Shown here: one piece after another, positions 57,915-64,000 of the stretch
How positions within the stretch are numbered: the first letter of the stretch is position 1
Layout of the letters: each line of letters opens with the position of its first letter
Source: Nitrospinales bacterium
GTDB taxonomy: Bacteria; Nitrospinota; Nitrospinia; Nitrospinales; VA-1
DNA length: 64,000 nt
Direction of reading: 5' to 3'
Assembly: GCA_965223345.1 (NCBI GenBank)
Contig: CBDCWG010000012.1
Location: 1,920,001 to 1,984,000, forward strand
Notes under the pieces: generated by a model
Database searches by the model: none
Told to the model about the DNA's origin: nothing
Seen by the model: only the letters and a program-made list of their open reading frames with translations
Position numbers and translations under genes: made by a program

Positions 57915-59159
57915 ATGAAACGAGATACCATTATCATTAAGGTCCTGGCGGTGTTGTTTTTCTTCTGCGCCACACCGGTTTTCGCGCAGAGCGTCAGCGA
58001 CCTGGAACGCAAGATCGACGCTTTATCGGATGAGATCGAAAGCCTGAAACTCGGTGGCGGCGGAGCGGGAAGCCCCGACCGGGTCAAGGTGCACGGTTAC
58101 GGAGAGGTGCACTTCAATCACAAGCCGGGCGGCGGCCAGACCGAGATCGACGCCCATCGGTTTGTCATCGGCATCCACGCTCAACTGGCGGACTGGATTC
58201 ACCTGAATGCGGAGATCGACTTCGAGCACGCGGCTCAGGAACTGGAATTCGAGTTCGGTTACCTGGACTTCCTGCTGAATCCGGCCGTCAACGCGCGGGC
58301 GGGTGTGGTGCTGGTGCCGGTCGGTTTTTTGAACGAGTTTCACGAGCCCAACCTGTTCTGGAGTGTCGAGCGGCCGTTTTTCCACAACCGGATCATCCCC
58401 ACCACCTGGTCCGCCGGCGGTGCGGGTATCTTCGGCACGCCAGCAGAAGGCATCAATTACCGCCTGTACGGGGTTGCGTCCCTGCAATCGCTGCGACCGG
58501 CGGGTTTTGATGCGGGCGGCGGCAACGGCGGCGGCGGCAACTCCGGCCAGTTCACCGGAGCGAGCGGCATCCGCAGCGGCCGATTGCAGGTCAACGAGCG
58601 TATCGCCGAAGACTGGGCGGCCACCGGCCGGCTGGAAGTGGCGAAATGGGTTCCGGGACTGCAACTGGGCGTGTCTTTCTACGCGGGCAACACCACCCAC
58701 GACATCATCGAGGAAGGCGGGTTCGTGTTCCTGATCGAAGGCGACATGAAATACCGGCTCAAGTGGTTCGAGATGAACGCCAGCATCGCCAACATCGATA
58801 TCAACGATTCGGAAGCCATCAACGCGTTCTGCGCCAGCGCGGTGGGCAATTGTACGTCGGACGTTGCGGACAACATCTTCGGCTGGAACGTGCAGGCCGG
58901 GGTGCACCTGCCGCAGTTGATGGGCTGGAACACCACGCACGACATCGTTCCGTTCTTCCTGTTCGAGAAGATCCGGCCGCAGGACAGCCTCTCCGGTGTG
59001 GACAACCCCAACCGGGCGAACAACTTCGACGTCATCACGGTCGGCGTTTCCTACCTGCCGATTCCCGCTGTGGCTTTGAAGACGGATTACCAGCACTTCA
59101 TGCTCGGGGACAACACGACCCGGGATCAGTTCAATGTGGGGATCGCCTATATGTACTAG
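57915..59159 (+). CDS. Iron-regulated outer-membrane porin (OprO/P-like beta-barrel with N-terminal coiled coil)
   Basis: Signal peptide, coiled coil, VHGYGE, EIDFEH, N.FHEP..F.SVERP, IIPTTW, and C-terminal aromatic (IAYMY). Confidence 0.82.
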   Translation: MKRDTIIIKVLAVLFFFCATPVFAQSVSDLERKIDALSDEIESLKLGGGGAGSPDRVKVHGYGEVHFNHKPGGGQTEIDAHRFVIGIHAQLADWIHLNAEIDFEHAAQELEFEFGYLDFLLNPAVNARAGVVLVPVGFLNEFHEPNLFWSVERPFFHNRIIPTTWSAGGAGIFGTPAEGINYRLYGVASLQSLRPAGFDAGGGNGGGGNSGQFTGASGIRSGRLQVNERIAEDWAATGRLEVAKWVPGLQLGVSFYAGNTTHDIIEEGGFVFLIEGDMKYRLKWFEMNASIANIDINDSEAINAFCASAVGNCTSDVADNIFGWNVQAGVHLPQLMGWNTTHDIVPFFLFEKIRPQDSLSGVDNPNRANNFDVITVGVSYLPIPAVALKTDYQHFMLGDNTTRDQFNVGIAYMY

Positions 59160-59176
59160 GCGCATTCTCCTCTCGG

Positions 59177-59232
59177 TCCCGGCATCTTGCACCTATTCTC
59201 CTCCAAGGGGTGCAAGATGCCGGGATTTTTTT
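59177..59232 (+). terminator. Rho-independent terminator after the porin gene
   Basis: 17-bp perfect stem TCCCGGCATCTTGCACC / GGTGCAAGATGCCGGGA followed by T7. Confidence 0.88.
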
Positions 59233-59351
59233 CTTCCGCAATGCCCGCTTCCCGGATGCCGGCCCTCTGCGACCGTGATTCGGGATTTTTTTTCGTCCGC
59301 AGGAATTTTCCCCTTATAATGAAAGGCTTTGGTTTTCAGGAAGGGTTTTTT

Positions 59352-59969
59352 GTGTCGGTTATCGGAAATATTCGTTGCTTTTTCGCCGGGCCCGCCCGTT
59401 GGTGGGTTCCCGTTGGCGGCGGGATAGTCTTGTCAGCGCTGCTGTTTGCGGCGTTGCCCGGTTTTGCCGCAGAAGAAGAGAAGGTGCTGGACGTCCAGGT
59501 CTACCTCACCAAAAAGCAGGCTCTGGACATCGCCTTTCCCGGGGCGGACAAGATCGACAAGGAACGCAAGTGGCTCAAGGAGGGGGATGCGGAAGCCATC
59601 GCCTCCCTGCTGGGGCAGAAGATCAAAGAGAACCGGTTCACCTATTACGTGGGCAAAAAGGCCGGCAAGCCCATGGGATACATGGTGATCGACCACATCA
59701 TCGGCAAATCCTTTCCCATCACGTTCATGGTGGTGCTCAACGTGGACGGCACCGTGCGCGACGTGGAAGTGATGGTGTACCGCGAGCCGCGGGGCTGGGA
59801 GGTGCGCTATCCCAACTTCATGAGCCAGTTTTTCGGCCTGAACTCGGAATCGGATTTCCGGGAGATCAACTCCATCACCGGGGCCACCCTTTCGGTGCGC
59901 GCCATCACCCTCGGGGTGAAAAAAGCCGTGTCCGCCTATAAAGTGCTGTATCTGGGGGCGGGCCAGTGA
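59352..59969 (+). CDS. Exported FMN-binding (flavinylated) domain protein
   Basis: YREPRGWEV and the flavinylation motif SITGATLS; start uncertain. Confidence 0.85.
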   Translation: MSVIGNIRCFFAGPARWWVPVGGGIVLSALLFAALPGFAAEEEKVLDVQVYLTKKQALDIAFPGADKIDKERKWLKEGDAEAIASLLGQKIKENRFTYYVGKKAGKPMGYMVIDHIIGKSFPITFMVVLNVDGTVRDVEVMVYREPRGWEVRYPNFMSQFFGLNSESDFREINSITGATLSVRAITLGVKKAVSAYKVLYLGAGQ

Positions 59970-60000
59970 GCGGGGCCGCCGGCCTCTTGGAGACGACTGC

Positions 60001-60138
60001 ATGGCCAAAGATGAAGGCGAAAAGACCGAAGCAAAGAGCAAAAAAGAGCGGTTGAACTTCATCCTGCTGTTCATCGGTCTCGCGGTGGCGGGGTTTTCCT
60101 TCGCCTGGCACATCGTGCCGCTGTTCTGGGGGCCCTGA
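60001..60138 (+). CDS. Small single-TM protein (45 aa, not in the ORF track)
   Basis: MAKDEGEKTEAKSKKERLNFILLFIGLAVAGFSFAWHIVPLFWGP*; GGAG RBS; fills the gap between two co-oriented genes. Confidence 0.6.
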   Translation: MAKDEGEKTEAKSKKERLNFILLFIGLAVAGFSFAWHIVPLFWGP

Positions 60139-60141
60139 TCG

Positions 60142-60969
60142 ATGGCGGGACGATCGCTCTCCATCGAAAAGGCCTCCGGCGAGGCGGAACGCTTTTCCGT
60201 CGAAAAACTCACCCATTCCCTGAAACAGGCGGGCGCTTCGACCCGGCTGGCGCAAAAAATCCTGCACGAAGTGCGCAAGCAGATCTATCCCGGCATGCCC
60301 AGCCGCAAGATCTACCGGCTGGCCTTTAACCTGCTGCGCAAGGAATCGCGGCAGGTGGCGGCGCGCTACAGCCTGCGGCGCGCCATCATGTCGCTCGGGC
60401 CCAGCGGCTACCCGTTCGAAAAATTCATCGGCGCGCTGTTTTCCCACAGCGGCTACGAAACCCGGACCGGCGTGACCCTGCCCGGCGCCTGCGTGACCCA
60501 CGAGGTGGACGTGGTGGCCGTGAATTCCGATCACCGGCTGCTGGTGGAATGCAAGTACCACAACCGCGACGGCGTCAAATGCGACGTCAAGACCGCGATG
60601 TACGTGTACGCGCGCTCGCTGGACCTCAAGAACAACCACGACGGCGAGAAATTTTCCGAGTTCTGGCTGGTCACCAACACCAAATTCACCACCGATGCCA
60701 CCGATTACGGCAGTTGCGTCGGCCTCAAGATGCTGAGCTGGACCTACCCCGAAGGCGACACCCTGCAGAACTGGATCGAGCGGCGGGAAGTCCACCCCGT
60801 CACCTGCCTCACGACGCTCAAGCGCCAGCAGAAAAAGGCGCTGCTGAAAAACAATGTCGTGCTCTGCCACGAACTGCTCAACGACCCGCGCCACCTGGAA
60901 GAAATCGGCGTCAAAACCAACCAGATGCGCCGCATCCTCAAGGAAGTCGAAGGTGTGATGGAGATTTAG
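60142..60969 (+). CDS. ATP-cone domain plus Mrr-like restriction endonuclease protein
   Basis: IEKASGEAERFSVEKL (ATP cone), LGPSGYPFEKF, and HEVDVVA..LVECK (PD-(D/E)XK). Confidence 0.85.
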   Translation: MAGRSLSIEKASGEAERFSVEKLTHSLKQAGASTRLAQKILHEVRKQIYPGMPSRKIYRLAFNLLRKESRQVAARYSLRRAIMSLGPSGYPFEKFIGALFSHSGYETRTGVTLPGACVTHEVDVVAVNSDHRLLVECKYHNRDGVKCDVKTAMYVYARSLDLKNNHDGEKFSEFWLVTNTKFTTDATDYGSCVGLKMLSWTYPEGDTLQNWIERREVHPVTCLTTLKRQQKKALLKNNVVLCHELLNDPRHLEEIGVKTNQMRRILKEVEGVMEI

Positions 60970-60979
60970 GGGAAAAGCG

Positions 60980-61051
60980 GGACAGGATGAACAGGATAAA
61001 AGCGGGATAAAAAAAGAAGGGTTCGCGCAAAGGCGCGAAGGCGCAAAGAAA
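60980..61051 (+). repeat. Composite A+B repeat, left end of slot 4
   Basis: GGACAGGATGAACAGGATAAAAGCG (60980-61004) and TCGCGCAAAGGCGCGAAGGCGCAAAGAAA (61023-61051). Confidence 0.88.
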
Positions 61052-61097
61052 AGCAAAGAACTAAATGCAGACACTCAATGCAGAGGATTAATTGGCT

Positions 61098-61493
61098 ATG
61101 GGACTTTTAGAAACTATTCAAGATGCAATTAAAGTGGTTCAAAAAAGTGACAATATTGAACTAGTTAAAGAAATGATGAGTATTCAATCTGCAGCTTGGG
61201 AATTAGCTGAGGAAAACAAGGATTTAAAAGAAGAAATCAAAGACTTAAAAAGTAAACTTAAAATAAAAGGAAATATATCTTTTAAAAACAATGCATATTG
61301 GATAGAGATGGAGGGAAATACACCAGAAGGTCCATTTTGTTCGGGATGCTGGGATAAAGAAAAAAATACAATAAGACTACATTTAAATAAGCCCCAGTCT
61401 CATGGTACGTGTCCGGTATGCAAAACTGGTGTTACTATAGATCATAATTACAAATCGCCAACCCCGTCCATCCCAAAATTGGAAAGATTTTAG
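61098..61493 (+). CDS. AT-rich coiled-coil plus zinc-ribbon protein (cargo)
   Basis: Coiled coil followed by GPFCSGCWD...CPVCK; AGAGG RBS. Confidence 0.8.
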   Translation: MGLLETIQDAIKVVQKSDNIELVKEMMSIQSAAWELAEENKDLKEEIKDLKSKLKIKGNISFKNNAYWIEMEGNTPEGPFCSGCWDKEKNTIRLHLNKPQSHGTCPVCKTGVTIDHNYKSPTPSIPKLERF

Positions 61494-61612
61494 ATCTCTT
61501 AGAATTGTTAAAATAGCCCACTAAAACTTACCTCTCAACCCCGCCCTTGACGACATTTAGCTCTCTATAATTAAGGCAAGCCTTGACTTTAAATAGATGT
61601 TCCTTTTCTGCA

Positions 61613-61669
61613 TTTCTTTGCGGCTTGGCGTCTTTGCGCGAGATCGCTTTTTATCCTGTTATCCTGTCC
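61613..61669 (-). repeat. Composite A+B repeat, right end of slot 4 (inverted)
   Basis: Reverse complement is GGACAGGATAACAGGATAAAAAGCGATCTCGCGCAAAGACGCCAAGCCGCAAAGAAA; 6 nt after the PseG-like stop. Confidence 0.88.
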
Positions 61670-61675
61670 AATTTT

Positions 61676-62665
61676 TTACTCAATCAATCCCTCAATCGCT
61701 TCAGCGACTCGGTGGATGCCGCGGCCGTCGATGCACTGTTTTCCCCTCTGGCTCAGGGTTTCCCGTTCTTCCTTTTTCAGATTCAATAAAGGTGGAATCT
61801 TTTCGGGGTCGAAGTTGTGCGCCAGTCCGAGGTTGACGCACGCGCCTTTTTCCTCCAGCCCCCGGGCTTTTTCCTCCTGATGCGGCACCTGGCTGACGAC
61901 AAACGCCGGGGTGCCCACCGCCAGCGCTTCGTGCAGGGTGACGCCGCCGGCGCAGAAGATCGCATCGTGCGCGAAGATCAGCTTTGCCATTTCATTCGTA
62001 CCCGGCACGATTGCAAACGATTCGCGCGAGGCTGCGGTTTTTTCCAGTGCTTCCCGGTCCTCGAAGCCGGGTCCGGCGAGGAAGGTGACCGCGAGGTTTG
62101 CATCGGCCTGTGCAAGGATTTCCGCAAGCCGTGTCGTCAAGCGGTTGGGGTCGGTGCCGCCCATGCTGACCAGCAGTTTCTGGATTCGTTCGGGAAACGT
62201 TTTTTCCTTTTGATTGAACTCGGCGAACGCGGGGGCGATGACGCTGTAGGGCAGCCCGAACAGGGTTTTCATGCCGGGTTCCACCCGCTCGTTCTCTTTC
62301 TCGTCCAGGTTGCAGTCGATCAACAGATCCACTCTGTTGCGGCCGCCTTTCAGATCCTCGAACGTGACGACCTTGTCCGCCTGTGTGCGCAGCCGTTCGA
62401 TGAAGGCGGCGTTGGTGTCCTTCATGTCGAGGATCACCAGATCGAAGTGCCGGTCGCCGCTTTCCGGCAGGCCGCAATCGGCATCCACGATTTCAACGGT
62501 GAACCCGGCTTTTTCCAAAAGTGTGATTGAAGGCGCGTGCTGTGGGATGAAAAACCGCACGCCCAGGCCTTTTTCGCGCAGCACCCCGGCGAGGTGGCGC
62601 TGGCGCAGCACGTGTCCCATGCCCCAGGCGGTGGAGGCGTTGCAGCGGATGGCGATTTCAGGCAT
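61676..62665 (-). CDS. PseG/SpsG family UDP-sugar hydrolase (GT-B fold)
   Basis: IRCNA...WGMGHVLR, SMGGTD and AGGVTLHE...GTP motifs. Confidence 0.85.
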   Translation of the reverse strand: MPEIAIRCNASTAWGMGHVLRQRHLAGVLREKGLGVRFFIPQHAPSITLLEKAGFTVEIVDADCGLPESGDRHFDLVILDMKDTNAAFIERLRTQADKVVTFEDLKGGRNRVDLLIDCNLDEKENERVEPGMKTLFGLPYSVIAPAFAEFNQKEKTFPERIQKLLVSMGGTDPNRLTTRLAEILAQADANLAVTFLAGPGFEDREALEKTAASRESFAIVPGTNEMAKLIFAHDAIFCAGGVTLHEALAVGTPAFVVSQVPHQEEKARGLEEKGACVNLGLAHNFDPEKIPPLLNLKKEERETLSQRGKQCIDGRGIHRVAEAIEGLIE

Positions 62666-63623
62666 GCGGGGTGAGGCTTTCCTTGTTGGCGGTGGCGTTG
62701 ATCTTCGCCAGGATCTCCCGGTCTGTGAATTGCACGGCGGTTTTCTCCCGCCTGCGTCCCTTGAGCGCCTGCGGCAGGCGTTTGAGCGCCATGTAAAACG
62801 CGATCCAGAAGCGCGATTTCAAACCCAGCAGATCGCGCAATAAAAATGCGGGGATGAAGATGAGAAATTCCAGCGTGTAGTCCGGGTCGAGGATGTTTTT
62901 CCAGACGAACAGGTAATTGTTGCGGGCGGAGATCAGGCCGATGCGGCGGCGTTTTTCCTGGCGGCTGATGGTGGACTGCACTTTGTGGTAGGCGATGGAT
63001 TCGGGCTCGTAGACCACCCGCCAGCCGCGTTTCTGCGCGCGGTAGGATAGATCGATCTCCTCGTAGTAAAGCGGATGGTACATCGTATCGAAGCCGCCCA
63101 GCTCCAGATAGCGCTCTTTTTCCACCATGAACGCGCCGCCGCAGGCGAACAGGGTCTGGCTGGTGTCGTCTTGCTCTTTCTCGTACAGGTAGAAATGCCC
63201 CTTGCGGAAAGTGCCGCCGCGGTTGCCGTATAAAAAGGTCGTGCCGTCGAAGGCGAAGATCTTGCCGCTGGCGGCGAACACGGCGCCCGGTTGGTCGAAA
63301 TGGCGCGCGAGATGTGAGAGCGCCTGCTCGTGCAGCTTGATGTCGTTGTTCATCGGCATCACGACGCGCGAATCGGCGAGCGCCACGGCGTGGTTGTTGG
63401 CTCCCTGAAAGCCCAGGTTCTTCGGCGTCTTCTCGCGCCGCACCGTGGGGAACTCGCGTTCCAGCATGTCCAGGCTGTCGTCGCTGCTGCAATCGTCGAT
63501 CACCAGCACTTCGTAGCTGCGGGCGTTGTCGAACGCCACCGCCGCCAGCACCGAGGGCAGGCATTCGATGAGCAGGTCGCGCCCGTTCCAGTTGGTGATG
63601 ATGAGGGTGATGTCCGGTTTCAT
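62658..63623 (-). CDS. GT2 glycosyltransferase
   Basis: NWNG, IDDCSSD, NLGF, NND and YYEEIDLSYRA motifs. Confidence 0.92.
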   Translation of the reverse strand: MKPDITLIITNWNGRDLLIECLPSVLAAVAFDNARSYEVLVIDDCSSDDSLDMLEREFPTVRREKTPKNLGFQGANNHAVALADSRVVMPMNNDIKLHEQALSHLARHFDQPGAVFAASGKIFAFDGTTFLYGNRGGTFRKGHFYLYEKEQDDTSQTLFACGGAFMVEKERYLELGGFDTMYHPLYYEEIDLSYRAQKRGWRVVYEPESIAYHKVQSTISRQEKRRRIGLISARNNYLFVWKNILDPDYTLEFLIFIPAFLLRDLLGLKSRFWIAFYMALKRLPQALKGRRREKTAVQFTDREILAKINATANKESLTPHA

Positions 63624-64000
63624 AGCCCGGTCAGCATGCGGTCGATGATGTCGATCACCTCCGCTTCGCCGTCCAGCCGCACCTTGCCTTTCATCGGGAT
63701 GGCTTTCGCCGTGTCGATTTCCTCGCGCCAGTCGCAGCCGTAGAATTTGTCCGACTCGAAGATCATACCGACGCGGTTGTCGTACAGGTACTGCTTCATC
63801 ACTTCGAATTCGTAGAAATGCTTGCGCGAGCAGGAGAGGACCGGTTTTTCATGCGCGAACGCCGAGGCGAGGGTGGAATAGCCCGCCTTGGTGAGCACGA
63901 TGTCCGAGGAGGCGATGAGGTCCTGGTACAAAAAGCGGTCTGTGAGCACGTGCAGGTTTGGCACGTTTTTGGGCAATGGGTCGCGGGTGATGAACACGCA
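63620..64000 (-). CDS. Glycosyltransferase (GT-B C-terminal part), truncated by the window edge
   Basis: YQDLIASSDIVLTKAGYST and DGEAE motifs. Confidence 0.75.
   Translation of the reverse strand, partial: CVFITRDPLPKNVPNLHVLTDRFLYQDLIASSDIVLTKAGYSTLASAFAHEKPVLSCSRKHFYEFEVMKQYLYDNRVGMIFESDKFYGCDWREEIDTAKAIPMKGKVRLDGEAEVIDIIDRMLTGL

Overview
GC-rich bacterial chromosome segment, most consistent with a Nitrospina-like (Nitrospinota) or deltaproteobacteria-like organism; this is an inference from gene content, not a database result. The backbone is housekeeping: katA with an ankyrin gene, smpB, mtaB, fis, a split GlmU plus glmS, thiDN, ppiD, mreBCD-mrdA, uvrB, pepP, bcp, gatB, a CusRS-like two-component system, mazG, hemW, era, map, a Fur-controlled iron cluster (bfr, fur, 2Fe-2S protein, porin, FMN-binding protein) and a PseG/glycosyltransferase cluster. 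The most striking unexplained structure is four accessory 'slots' (5273-5695, 6856-7282, 48540-50979, 60980-61669). Each is bracketed by inverted copies of two short motifs: A = GACAGGAT-N1-2-ACAGGAT and B = CGCAAAG-RCGC-NAAG-NCGCAAAG. Most motif copies sit at or just after the stop codon of a neighbouring gene, and the enclosed cargo is mostly AT-rich and unrelated between slots. One slot holds a GxxExxY PD-(D/E)XK nuclease. Two slots are also associated with diverged duplicates of a gene's 3' end (smpB, tfoX-like). Together these suggest an integrase-free, nuclease/repeat-driven gene-cassette exchange system acting at gene 3' ends. No rRNA, tRNA, CRISPR array, integrase or transposase was recognised.
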